A stretch of DNA of 64,000 nt from Neophaeotheca triangularis (taxonomy: Eukaryota). The stretch covers positions 124,001-188,000 of the forward strand of contig BAAIJX010000019.1 of assembly GCA_054600435.1 (NCBI GenBank), written 5' to 3'. The notes beneath the pieces were generated by a model. It had not been told where the DNA came from and searched no databases. It saw nothing but the letters and a program-made list of their open reading frames with translations. Of this stretch, positions 48,470 to 60,239 are shown in pieces (position 1 is the stretch's first letter; every line of letters starts with the position of its first letter). The position numbers and the translations under genes were made by a program.

Positions 48470-49320
48470 ATAGGGGTGTAGCAATTGCTACTCTATAGTG
48501 CCCGGAGCGTACTAATTTAGTCGTAATTCACACTGTATTGTTAATAGTTACTGTTTCCGGGCAAAATTTTAACTGATTTTAGGTTAGCAGTAGGTTCGAA
48601 GGGGTAGGAGATGTCTAAGTATTACTTTTACCTCGATTCTAGGTCTAGAGCAATTGCTACCCTATAATGTGCCTGGAGTGTACTGATTTGCTAGAAATCT
48701 GCGCTATATCACTAGTAAATTCTCTCTCGGCAAATTTCTTAAGTATCTCTAGGTTAGTAGTAGGGTCGTTAGGGGTAGAGTAGGCTAATCGAAAACTTTC
48801 CCTTGACCGTTAGGACCGAGCAATTGCTATTTTATAGTGCCGGGATTTACTCATTAGTATAGAATCTCTGATACGTTATATACGGCTTAAGCTCCTCGGC
48901 AAGACTTCGACGAATCTATCGTTAGTAGAATACGGGTAGTAGAGCCGGGATATTTGAGGGTTTAACTGTAAACCTAGCCGCCGTATTAATGTATCTACTA
49001 CTAGAAAACGCTCGGAAGATGTGGCCTACGTTTAATTAGCGCTAAATCGTAATGGATTCAGGCCTCTAGGCGGGCATCGCACTGCTCTTCAAGTCGGCAA
49101 TCTGTTTAGTAGAGGCGGGATGTACTTCGGGGCTAATCTCGTTGTTAACTAGTGGGTGCTACTCCAAGTTGTTTTACTGTGCCTAGAGCGTAGAGATAAG
49201 CGCTGCATTTCAAAAGATAGCATCTCCTGGCGCGTAGCTAGCCAACTCTACATCGGCACTATAGGTAGTAGAGGCACAGTAGATCTTAGGTCCAAATTTG
49301 CAGTACAACCCTAGCCTCAG
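48470..49320. repeat. Degenerate tandem array with ~170-bp period, TpA-rich
   Basis: AGCAATTGCTA at 48480, 48649 and 48819; GTTAG(C/T)AG at about 48583, 48753 and 48921; TAGTAGAG at 48937, 49107 and 49266. Confidence 0.7.
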
Positions 49321-50066
49321 GAAAAAAAGAACCTCGTACCGCCCGGAATGTATGGTAGAGCATTGAATTGTTTAATTCCAGCTCCTCTCGGCGGTGATGA
49401 CTCGTCTAATAACTCGGGGAACTCGCGGTTTGTAGCCTGACAGAGCATGCTGTAGGTTAGGAACTTGATCGTTTGTGACTGGTGGCAAATAGACCATAGT
49501 GCCGAGAGCCAGAATATATTTTACGGAGAGTCAGCGTCTTCTCGCATTCTTCTCACATCAGCGACTGTAAATTTTACGGATTGAGTGTCCTCGGCGCATT
49601 AGGTCGTGAATGTGAGCAAGGCGCTGCCTTGACCATCGGTGTGCTCGCTGTGCCTAGTCGCCTACGATGTCCTTTGAGTGGAGAATCCTGTGTCTGGAAT
49701 TACAGCCCGGATAGACAGGAAGATGGAGCACTCGAGGGGAGGACTCTTGAGAGACGATGAGGTGCGGTCGCCCGGTATGCTTGGCGTCTCGGAGATGGTT
49801 CGGCAGTTGGATTGCCCTCGGACTCGGTAGATGCCAGACCCTGGTCCTTGACGTCCCATTCTGGGCAAAATCAACGTCATCTCTGCATTTGCTCGCCCTG
49901 CAATTGACGATGAAGCTTAGAAATACACCCAGAGCTCCCTGTCTGTTTGTCTGTATAAAGAAAGAGGTAGGTATCGCTACTCCAATCTTACTCTCTTACC
50001 CAATTTGCTCCCAATCACAGCCTCTATCCTTCACAACACCTCTCGAAACAGCTCAACACCGCAGCC

Positions 50067-51224
50067 ATGAAGCAGTGGAACCTGATCGGCACCGGCAGCT
50101 TCGACAACCTCCAATTCAAGGACGTCGAGAAGCCCAGCTATGGCGACAAAGAAGTCCTCGTCAAGTGTTCGTCTCACCTCCTTCTGAACAAAGCCATTTC
50201 CCCGGTAGGCCCACTAACGAAGCCCTACCCACCAACCAGTTCAAGGCTCCTCTCTCAACTACCGCGACCTGATCATCCCGCAAGGAAAATACCCTTTCCC
50301 TCTCGGCGAGAATGTCGTCCCCGCCTCCGACGGCGCCGGTGTCGTCGAAGCCGTCGGCAAAAACGTCTCGCAATTCAAGCCCGGCGACAAAGTCCTGCTC
50401 CTTTTCAACCAAGGCCACCACTACGGCAGCCTGAATGCCCAATCCATGGCCACGGGCCTCGGCGGCGCCGTCGACGGCTGTCTGCGCGAATACGGTGCAT
50501 TCGACGAGATGGGCCTCGTGCACATGCCCAGCAACCTCAACCCGCTCGAGGGCGCGACGCTCACCTGCGCTGGTCTGACCGCCTGGAACGCCCTCTATGG
50601 TCTTGAGAGCAAGAAGCTCATGCCCGGTGATTGGGTGCTTACACAGGGCACGGGCGGTGTCAGCATATTCGCGCTGCAGTTCGCCAAAGCGGCTGGTGCG
50701 AAGGTCATCTCGACGACTTCGTCCAAGGAGAAAGCGGACCGCCTGAAAGAGCTGGGAGCAGACCACATCATCAACTACAAAGAGGACGCCAACTGGGGCG
50801 ACTCAGCCATGAAGCTCACGGGCGGCAGGGGTGTCTCGCACATCTTGGAAGTCGGCGGGCCCACGACCATGAAGCAGAGTCTGGCGGCCATTGGTATTGA
50901 CGGCGTCATCTCTATCATTGGCTTCCTGGGCGGCATGAAAAATGAGAGCCAGCCCACTTTCCTCGACTGCTTGATGAACATTTGCACCGTTCGCGGCATT
51001 TTGGTCGGCAGCCGGGTGCAGTTTGAGGAGATGAATAAGGCTATTGAGGCTAACAACATTAAGCCTGTCGTCGACAAGAAGGTTTTCAAGCTTTCGGAGG
51101 CTAAGGAGGCGTATCAGGTGAGTTTTGCCCTTGCTGTGAATTTGTGCTATGGCTTTGCTGACTTTTTGGGTAGTACATGTGGGAGCAGAAGCACTTTGGC
51201 AAGCTGTGCATCAGCTACGATTAG
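50067..51224 (+). CDS. Zinc-type alcohol dehydrogenase-like / MDR quinone oxidoreductase
   Basis: SLNYRDL, SDGAGVVEAVG, TLTCAGLTAWNAL, QGTGGVS, KHFGK; introns at 50167-50239 and 51118-51173. Confidence 0.9.
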
Positions 51225-51365
51225 ATGGATATATATACGCGGTGTACATGACTCGTTCCTATTCGTTCTTCGTGGAGCTCTTGCATCCCACTTGTCACCA
51301 TAATCCTGCCCCACCGCTCTGGCAACATACCCCGCCCCAGCCCGCTAAGATCAGTTTTGGTATCT

Positions 51366-53907
51366 CTAGAAGCCGTAGTTGCCGAAAATTCCTTCTGCAG
51401 CTAAAGCAGAGCGCAGTCGCTGCTCCAAGTCTTGATCGCCAGTGTACGAGGGACTAGGCGCTCCAGCGAGGCTCTCGGTGGGGTTCAACTCGGTCGAACT
51501 GGGTGAGCTGGTGCCTCGTGTGGGGGGGATGTCTGTGTTGTTTTTTTCATGATCAGCGCTCAGGGTTGGAGAGGCGGTGAGGTCGATGATCGCTGGAGGG
51601 CTCTGGGGGATCGGGGTTCTGTCTCGAGATTGGTCACTGGTAAAAGGTTGCCGATCGGCTTGGACGCTGCTCGTATCGAGGAGAGACTCGTTGTAAGTTG
51701 CGTAGTGCCTACCATCGGCTGAGGGAAGAGAAAGATGACCGCTCCCAAAGCCGCTGGTATCGCGAGAGTTCCCAGTGCCGTGGTAATCATTAGTGGTGGT
51801 ATGAAGCTGCGGCGGATGTGGCTGAGCGGCACCAACGACAACGGGGCCTGCTAGAGACCTCTGGTTCCAAAAGCCGGCACGGGCGGGTGGTAGGCTGTCG
51901 CCCTCGAGACCATTTTCTTCGCTGGGACGACAGGCAGTGATGTTGCGAAGCTGTGGCTGCCGATCTCCGGCGCTCACCGAATCAGGACAATCTCCAAGGA
52001 AGACATCGCCGAACCCGACACCAAATCGCTCTGAGGATTGGTCGTTGCCGCTAAAATATGTGTTCTGAAACTCCGGTTGCTGAGATTCTGCGGCACCCAG
52101 GTCAAAGGGAGCTTCATTGAAGAGGTCGCCGAAGCCAATCGTCGCTTGAGCGGCGTAAGGATCGGAGCCGCCGGGGAACTCATCGCCTAGGAAGCCGTAG
52201 CCGATGGTGCTTCCATGTCGCTGCTGCTGCGGGGAGATTTGGGCGGAAGAGGGAATGCTGTCGACATATCTCATACTTTGCCTGAGGCTCCGAGTCACCG
52301 CGGCGTCTGATGTCTCGGCAGGAGGTAGTACCTGCCCACTCTGTGGGGAGCTGAGGTCCCGCCTAGGAGAAGCTCGGAGGAACGGCTCTGGGGTGCTGCT
52401 CAGAACCCCTGGCTGAGCGGAAAAGTGCCTCTCCTGGATCTGGGACTGCAATGGAAACCATGGCGCCGGGGGCTGGATCATCTCGTGGTACTGCTGTCGT
52501 GCGACGGAAGGCTTGGCGTATCCTGACATGATGCCACCATTGTAGGAATGAGAATTTCCACCGGGATGCTGCTGCTGCGCACCTTCTTGCAGGGTTGGTA
52601 TCCCTATCCGGCCACCGAAATGGGATCCAGTAGGAGGCTGGGGCCACTGCACAGAGAAAGTCGCAGGAGCGTCAGGCGCAATAGCTGGGATTTGGCCGTC
52701 AGACAGCTCGGCTTGTTGCGTCTGGCTTTCGATTGCCGGAGAGAAAGCACGAGTCCTCTCAATTGCCCCAGCCTCAGCTTGATTACCTCCGATCGACTCA
52801 ATACCAGCGTTCGAGGACGGAGCCGGCGCAAGTTTTCTGAGCTTGCGAGGACGTGGTCTTTCATCCTCTTCGGACGGGTTGCTGGAAGGAGATGCCTGGA
52901 CAATACTTCGAGCGGCTCTCTTGGTCTTGCGTCCTTTACTGCCTCCTTTGGGCGCCGAATTGCCTGGCTCGTCGGCGATGAAGAGGCTGTGAGGGGCGGT
53001 AGAAGTCTTTTGTGCACCGACGCCATTCTCAAATGTGTTGGTGAAACTTCGGCCTGTATTCCCTGGGCTTGTGCTCTTTTGGGATACTGCTGCCTGGCCG
53101 GCGAACTGTTGGACTTCGGAGTCGAATGCTCCGCTTCCGGGGATTGACGAGAAGTTGTCTGGATCTGGCAGCTGCTTACGACTACCGAGAGGACCTTTGC
53201 GACCCCTCGCCGCATTCGATCTGACGTTTGCCAACTTCCGCGCAAGGTAGGCGGCCGGAGCGATAGTGAGATCTTGAATATGTAAATGCATTGTCGATCA
53301 ACATGTCCTTGACCACTCGCTTGTTGAGCTTCAACCCCTTTATGATCAAGCCAACTCGAACGCTGAAGGTTGATATCCGATCTACATTGTATCCAGTGTC
53401 GGTCTTGACGACAGGACCGTCCGTTCGTACCCGGTGGTAAGAGATGCCCTCCTCGTGGAAGTTCTTTGCATTCCCCACAAGCTTGACAGCAACCGCGCGA
53501 GCTCTCGAGTCGAACTTTGCGTGCCGCTGGTACTCATGGACCCACTCCGCTGCGTCGGAATCGTCGTTGCTGGTCTCCCAGAAACCCTCGAACACCTTTG
53601 AGGCCAAGAAGTGGAAGCGCTCTGGCGTACAGTCCTCGACATCATCGTACTCCAATTCCAGCTTGAAACGTTTGCCCGTCTTGCCGCGCAGGAAAGCTTC
53701 GGCGTCTTCGGCGTCGATGAAGTCGGGCTTGTACACGGGAAAGCGCGTAATGATCCCTTTGGTATTCCCAAGCTCCTGTGCCTTTCTCTTCCTACCTTTT
53801 CCCATGGTCAAACTCTGTTCGGTCAAAACGGGCTCTTGAGCGTCTTCGAGCATGATGGGGTTTGAAGAGACGGCTGGTCCAACGCTGGCACCAGTGAGAG
53901 TGTCCAT
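51366..53907 (-). pseudogene. Orphan family Y member 2, frameshifted
   Basis: ORF 53182-53952 (FSVRVGLIIKGLKLNKRVVKDML) continues in another frame near 53290 as IQDLTIAPAAYLARKLAN..SN, matching the contiguous motif in member 3; no room for an intron. Confidence 0.65.
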
Positions 53908-54867
53908 TGGACGAAGACTTTGGAGAGATTTTTGGTAGAAGCCCCGTTGCAATGGGTCTCTAGAGAAAGGCGAAAGCTCGGTGGCTTAAAGTAACGACGA
54001 ATTTGTCCCTCTGCTGGTGCCTATGTCTGTGTCTAGCCGTGAGCAGCTCGCGACTTTTTTCCTTCTTGTATAGCTTGCTATCAGCTTCGAGTTTCGTCAA
54101 GTAGCGTGAAGAAATCGGTCTTCGAGTAGAGTTTTGTTGTATAATACTCTGTAGAGCAAAGTCGTTATTGAGGTGGAAGTATAGCTAAGCAGCTCGAGGT
54201 TAATGGCTGCCTAGAATGTAAAGTGAAGTTGAAATCACGTGTTGTTGATTGTTGATGGCTCGGGACCAGTGCCGTCTTCGCGGTGATAGCCATATCTCTC
54301 AGTATCGTCAAATAGACTATAGAAGTGACGTATACGCAATGTAAAGCGTGGTGCTTAGCACTGTTTGAGGAACATTATAGTACCATGTATAGAGGTAACT
54401 AGGCGGGAAAGATAAATGCCAGAAAAAAGAATGTTGAGAAACACCATCTATGCTTTGACAAAGCAACGCTTGCTGCGTTGTTTGATTCATAATTTCATAT
54501 CTACAATCTGCTGAACCGGACCATTGGCGAAGAACCTCAGCTACAGGAATTGCTCTTGAAGAAGTTGGCTGTCGAGAACAGTAGCCATAGCGGCAAATAA
54601 AGAGGCTTTTGTAAGACTTGCTACATAAACTTTCAACGGAAGGCGTGGTTAAAAGTTCAAAGGCACGGCGTAATGGGCACTCAATGGCCTGAAATGCACA
54701 ATTAGGCATTCCCTCAATAACCTGAATATTCTTCAAGTCAGAGACTACACTATCGCGTTGCATAAAAAGCTTGCTTCGTGTATATGAAAAGAAACTGGAA
54801 GACTTTCTCCTTTCTTTCCAAGCGCTGCAAACTCAGAGTATATATTTGATTCACAGCCAAGCTTCTT

Positions 54868-54970
54868 GCCTTCGGGCATTTGGTCAATTTGAAACAATAC
54901 AGAGAAGATTAGCATGGCCCCTGCACTAAGGATGACACATGCAAGTAAAGTGAGCTACCAAACTTTTTTT
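54868..54970 (+). ncRNA. U6: U6 snRNA copy 3 (variant B)
   Basis: Same sequence as copy 2; TATATAT at 54839-54845; T7 terminator. Confidence 0.97.
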
Positions 54971-54999
54971 GGCCCTTTTCACTTCCACTCTTTGGCCAG

Positions 55000-55010
55000 C
55001 GTTCGAACTA
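55000..55010 (+). promoter_or_regulatory. Pol III B box-like element downstream of U6 copy 3
   Basis: CGTTCGAACTA, 29 nt past the terminator. Confidence 0.55.
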
Positions 55011-55938
55011 CCTTGGAAGCCAGCTCTTCCCTTCTATTTTTTTTTCTTTGTACGACAAAATTCTCACATTCATTTGGGTGTTGCGCACATTCCCAGCTTC
55101 CAGTTCTACCGGCAACACAAGCATGACTTAGCGGCGAGGTAAATATTACCCGAAGACTAATAGGCATTGTTGGCCCTCACCGCCGTAGAAGCGAGCTCCA
55201 GCCGTAGGTACTTCTCTTCCTTGAAGCCGTGTTCACGGGGAAAGGATTGCTCAGCAGCTCCTTGTCCTTACAGACAGGAGATGTTTCTTTCTGCGCTCCG
55301 TTAAAGCGCATCCCTTCGTTAGCTCTTTGTTCGAAGTCGCCTTCCAATCTGTCTTTGCTCGAGTCTGGACTTCACTCTCGGCGCGATCTCCCAGTGTCCC
55401 GCTAGCCGGAGCAAGAGAAGTGACAGCGGTCTCCACCAAATCCAGATATAGACAAAAGAGAAGAGACTGGTAGGACGAGGGCTTTATGGATAAACGTGAA
55501 TATTCAGAACGTTTACGGATCAGGAATGCGGTCGAGGATTCAACCAGTCAAACATCAATTGGCCTCGTGATGTCAGTATGTAGCAAGCAAGATCGGAGAT
55601 TGCTTTTACAACTTACTTTCCAAAGCGAACTACCTTCGATCAAAGACTTGTGAGGGAAATGTGTGAGACAATCAGACTTGGCGATCAAATTGGATTGTGC
55701 GAGTCAATGCATACATAACTATATAAAAGCAAAGAGAGTCACGTAGCTACGTTAGTAGGTTAATGGATAAGGTAAACTTAGGCAATCCACGCGCCAAACA
55801 CGAAACCTATCCTAACGCCCGCTAATTGCTACCAAACGTCCCAGATAAATGCCCCATCCCCATAACGCACGTCCATGTTCCTCTGCTGCATCAGAGCTCG
55901 GCCTTGTCGCTCTCTTATGCTTCCCAAAGATCTTTCCA

Positions 55939-57780
55939 CTACTGCTGACCTTCAAAGTCGAAGTCCATCAAAGCCTCCATGCCAGGCTGAACGTACCCTG
56001 AGAACCCATTCTTCGGTTGCTCCCCATCAAGGCCAAGATTATCCATCTCGTTGTTACCGAAGTCATGTCCGATCCCTTGACGAGTACCTCGCGCTCCCAT
56101 ATCGTCGTCTCCGTGCCCCAAAGTAGCAGCGCTCTGATCAATTAAATCATCGATATCGTGCTGTGTCAAGCTCTGAACCATTGTTTCCCAGTCTGGGTCC
56201 TGCTGTGACTGCTCAGAGGGTGCGCCAGAAACCGCATCTCCGCTGAGGGTGACTTCCGGCATTTGGGGATTGTTGAATGAGTTGATTGGCGCAACCGGGT
56301 CTGCTCCGCTTGTAGATAGTTGGTTCTCGAGGTGCGACTCATAAACAGAGGAAGCACACGGGTGGCTGGTCTGAAATGTCCCGTGATGACTGTGGTTGCG
56401 GTAAGCAGGATGCTCAAGGTGCTGGCTTGCCATCAAGTGCGTGTAGTTCTGAGAATTGTAGCTTGTCATCGGGATGTGCTGGTGGAAACATTGCTCGTAG
56501 GCCACTGCCTGATCGCCGGGGAACATTGGCTGATGTTGACCATTAACCTGGGTGATTTCGTTGCCCTGGAATTGGTCGCGAAGAGCATTTGTCAGCTGTT
56601 CATCGCTCTGATCGGGCATCGAGGTGTAGGCAAGAGTGGAGTGTTGTCTCTCGTAGCTGGGAGTCGGCGGAAGCTGCTGTTTGGAACTGTACGATTCAGG
56701 AGTGCTGTTGATGAAATCCCCATAGCTTGGAGTGAGCGAGTGCTGCTTCTGCTTGTTCACAGGAAAGGAGTCAGGGGTGTTGATGATGAAGTCGACGGGA
56801 GTCGCCACTCGAAGAGCTCCGACGGTGGCAGCAACTTGACGAGCTCCTGCTTGAGGTACAGCTACTTTTTTAGGCGTTTGATCGACCCTTCTGTGTTTAC
56901 GAGACGCCCCTTGAGACAACGAGCGAGAATCGTAGACGTTAGATGCACTCTCAGTTATGGTGACAGGAGTTTGAGCATTCGGGGCAGTCTCCGAAAGAGC
57001 CATCATAGACTCGAACGGTTGAACCTTGTTAAGTTTGCTTGGCTTCGCGCTCTTCGGCTGAGAACTTCTGTCTGGCCTTTTGCAGTTGGTCTGATTGTTG
57101 ATGACCTTTCTGTGGAGATAGTCTTGGGGCGCTAACGCGAGATCCTCGAGGCGATTAGAGAACCCTTTGCTCAAGACGTCTTTCGCGACGAGCTTGTTGA
57201 CGCTTATAGCTTCGACGATTCCATCTACGCGCGCCGAGAAGATCAAACTCAAGTCCACGATATAATTGCTCAGCGTTTTCGTCTGCTTGCGATCTCTTTT
57301 CAGCTTGTGACTCGGCACTCCGTCTTTGTGGATGCGTTTTGCAGTGTCGACCACGAGCATTGAGATTGCCAAGGCTCTTTTGACTTGATCCGCGTCCTGC
57401 AAGAGCCTGCGGCAGAAATTGAGCGCCTCTTTCTGCGACTTCTCGTGTTTCTCCGCACCGCCATCATTCAGCCCTTCCGGCGACTTGTGTTCGTGGAGTA
57501 GTGCATGGAAGACGCGACAGGCCAATTCATGGACCTTGTCTCCTTCAACGCTTGCGAAGTCGTCGTCAGGGAGGTTTGGTTTGACCATCTTCGTTGAGGC
57601 CCCAGGTTCACCACGCAAGAAGATCTCAGCATCTTCAACCGTTTTGAAGACAAATTGATAGGCAGGGGCCTTGCATTCGGTGTCGGTGAGGGCTTCTGAC
57701 GCTTGTCTCTTTCGCTTATGGTTAGCAGACATCGTTCGAGGTGCGCTTCGCAAGTGTTCAAACTCGTCGTTCTCGTTCAT
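55939..57780 (-). CDS. Orphan family Y member 3 (613 aa)
   Basis: FKTVEDAEIFLRG...FSARVDGIVEAISVNKLVAKDVL...DLALAPQDYLHRKVIN..TN, aligning by eye with members 1 and 2. Confidence 0.7.
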   Translation of the reverse strand: MNENDEFEHLRSAPRTMSANHKRKRQASEALTDTECKAPAYQFVFKTVEDAEIFLRGEPGASTKMVKPNLPDDDFASVEGDKVHELACRVFHALLHEHKSPEGLNDGGAEKHEKSQKEALNFCRRLLQDADQVKRALAISMLVVDTAKRIHKDGVPSHKLKRDRKQTKTLSNYIVDLSLIFSARVDGIVEAISVNKLVAKDVLSKGFSNRLEDLALAPQDYLHRKVINNQTNCKRPDRSSQPKSAKPSKLNKVQPFESMMALSETAPNAQTPVTITESASNVYDSRSLSQGASRKHRRVDQTPKKVAVPQAGARQVAATVGALRVATPVDFIINTPDSFPVNKQKQHSLTPSYGDFINSTPESYSSKQQLPPTPSYERQHSTLAYTSMPDQSDEQLTNALRDQFQGNEITQVNGQHQPMFPGDQAVAYEQCFHQHIPMTSYNSQNYTHLMASQHLEHPAYRNHSHHGTFQTSHPCASSVYESHLENQLSTSGADPVAPINSFNNPQMPEVTLSGDAVSGAPSEQSQQDPDWETMVQSLTQHDIDDLIDQSAATLGHGDDDMGARGTRQGIGHDFGNNEMDNLGLDGEQPKNGFSGYVQPGMEALMDFDFEGQQ

Positions 57781-59256
57781 GTTGTTGTAGTTAGTTGAGT
57801 TGAAGCCTTTCGATGAGGGAGAGCGGCCAGCTTATAAACCACGAGCGTTGCGCCGGCGCGTTGTGTTGAAAACCCTGGTGCCAGCCTCGAAAGTGATATG
57901 CGACATGCCAAGGTGTCTAAATAACGCATCAATGAGCCCACTGTAGTGTGTTGTAGATGCAAGCAGCGTTCTGAGCTTCCCTCCGAACTCCTGGCCTTCA
58001 CCAAATACCACGTTGACCATCTTGATATAAGGTGCATCATCCAGATCGCTCAACACGTTGATGCTTGAGAAAAGTGTATACAACCGCGACTTTGCGCAAT
58101 CTCTGTTAGACACTCTCGCTCATATACCTTCCATGATTGGGGACCGCGCATGATTCATCAGGCTTCTAAAGCCTTGTACTGGGTGTTCCCCTCTCTCATA
58201 GGTATCTCGCTCTGATGCTGCTCTGCAACAGTACCTTGAAGACGAATAAAGGAGATTGCATGCCTTTGCAGTAGGTCTGGAACAAATCAAAAGGTAGCGA
58301 ACGATCATGAAAAAATGTTTCTTTGACAGTGAGCCCAACGTATCTTAGACTCGAGCTTCGCCAAGATACGATCGCAGACAAAGAAAACATAAGGGGTGGC
58401 ACTGGGGCTACACACTGGTCTTTGTCCGTGTTCTTTTGTCCTTGCGAATTGCCGCGAGCCGGGGATATGTTCGACACTCGAGCAAATGCTCCATCACCAA
58501 ATTCATGTGTTTTCCAGCTACACTGTAAATTTTACCGCGGGAGCATGTCGCGCAATACCAGTAGCACCTCCCTACCCCTTTCGCCTCGAGTTTTGTGACC
58601 TTACTCTTTCGTCTTTACGTCCGTCCCTAGTAACAGCTTGTTGTCAAAGTACGACCACAAAAAGTCGCTGTTCACCGTTTGGCGTGCGGAAATGGGCGTT
58701 ATCATTAGATCAGCGGTTGCCCAGGTTTGGAAGGTCGTGTTGTGTTCGACGTGTCGCAGATGCACGAGGTAGATTGATCCAGAGGGGTCGTGCCATGTAG
58801 AGGGCTAAATGAGAAGGGGAACGTTCAAAAAGCCTTAATCGTTTTCGTAGGCGTGTAAGAAGCCAGTATCGAATCTTGAGCGGTCGCAGAATCAATTCCT
58901 TCCGACGGGTGGTGAGTATAGTTCTTGCTACTCGCCTCAAACATACAGACTTCCCGCTATGCCTTCGAGGGGTCGTTGTGACGGATTGCTTTATAGCTCC
59001 AAGATGAAAACACAAGTCGAAAGAAATGGCTCGCAGACCGAGCTGGCGCTTGTGCACTAGGATGCAGTAGCAAAGTCAGTTTGCAAAGGCCGAATCGCAC
59101 GTGGGAGTACCCCAGAACTTTGTGCTCGCGTAAAGAAATTGTGAAAACTGAATCGCCGTGCAAATGGGCGATGGCTACGGCCGTGCCGACGTATAGTTGG
59201 GTCAAGACTGTCCACAGCAACTATGGTATATATATGCTACACCGCTACACCTATCC

Positions 59257-59362
59257 GCCCTCGGGCAAATGGTCAATTTGAAACAATACAGAGAAGATTA
59301 GCATGGCCCCTGCACTAAGGATGACACATGCAAGTAAAGTGAGCTACCAAACTTTTTTTTTT
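59257..59362 (+). ncRNA. U6: U6 snRNA copy 4 (variant A)
   Basis: Same sequence as copy 1; TATATATAT at 59227-59235; T10 terminator. Confidence 0.97.
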
Positions 59363-59384
59363 GGGCTAAACCGAGTGAGTCCTG

Positions 59385-59395
59385 CGTTCGAAACA
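59385..59395 (+). promoter_or_regulatory. Pol III B box-like element downstream of U6 copy 4
   Basis: CGTTCGAAACA, 22 nt past the terminator. Confidence 0.55.
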
Positions 59396-60198
59396 TAGCC
59401 TAAGCCTTTTGTTTTGTTGCTACGACACGCTATTATAATGTCGAACAGGACATAAGTATGACGAACATCTGTTAGTATCGTGTGTAGTAGCGTAGTTGCG
59501 CATCTTCCCTTTCTGCGTTGCCTTGAAACATTGTGATGGCATATTTGCGTAGGGACCTCTTCTTTTGTGAGATTTACTAAGCGTTTCTTATGAGGTATCT
59601 TGGTATAACCATCGTTTTCGCCTCTTTTCCCCGCGCGTTGTATTGCCACAAGCGAAACATGGCTTTGTCTGTCGAAAGACTCCTCCAGGACTGAGGAATA
59701 GCAAGGGAGTAGTCAAAAATTTGGAGGACTCGAGGGTCAATCGAGGCTTAACAGCTGCCGTAGAGACAGTACGAAGACTTGGCTCACTTGTTCGCTTCGC
59801 ACTGTTCAATAGGAGGAGGAAAGACTAGAACTTGCTTATGGCGTGTTGCACTAAGAGTCTGAGAAAACTTCCTCTACCCCTGGGAAGCCCGCCAGTAGGG
59901 TTTTGGCCCATGCGATGTGGACAGCCACTTGTAAGTTAGCCTTCTGTCAGAAATAAAGAGGCCGTTGAGAGGGCTTCAATTGGGGGAACACGACAGAGAT
60001 ACAGCACAGACAGGCAAGGTAAGGTGAACGACATTGCTAGCGGTCCCTTCACAAGATGAGACAACCGTCTGACCCTAGGCCCCACTGTATTGTGGTAGCC
60101 ATGTGTAATACGGAGCGAGCAGTGCGCGGAAAGGCAGACCAGTGTCACTTGGTCGCAGCAATAGAGTCATAATTCACAACTTTCACTTTCAAAAAGTC

Positions 60199-60231
60199 AA
60201 AAAAAAAAAAGATTGAAACCGGGCTCGAACG
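60199..60231 (-). terminator. B box-like motif plus T12 run downstream of U5
   Basis: Minus strand reads CGTTCGAGCCC (60231-60221), then GGTTTCAATC, then T12 (60210-60199). Confidence 0.5.
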
Positions 60232-60239
60232 AGTGGCTT

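Noticed and set aside
49394..49440. GTGATGA...CTGA as another C/D snoRNA
   Set aside because: Only about 47 nt, no intron context and no recognisable guide
32002..59362. U6 repeats as transposon terminal inverted repeats or a CRISPR-like array
   Set aside because: They are recognisable U6 genes with promoter elements; no transposase, target-site duplication or spacer pattern was seen
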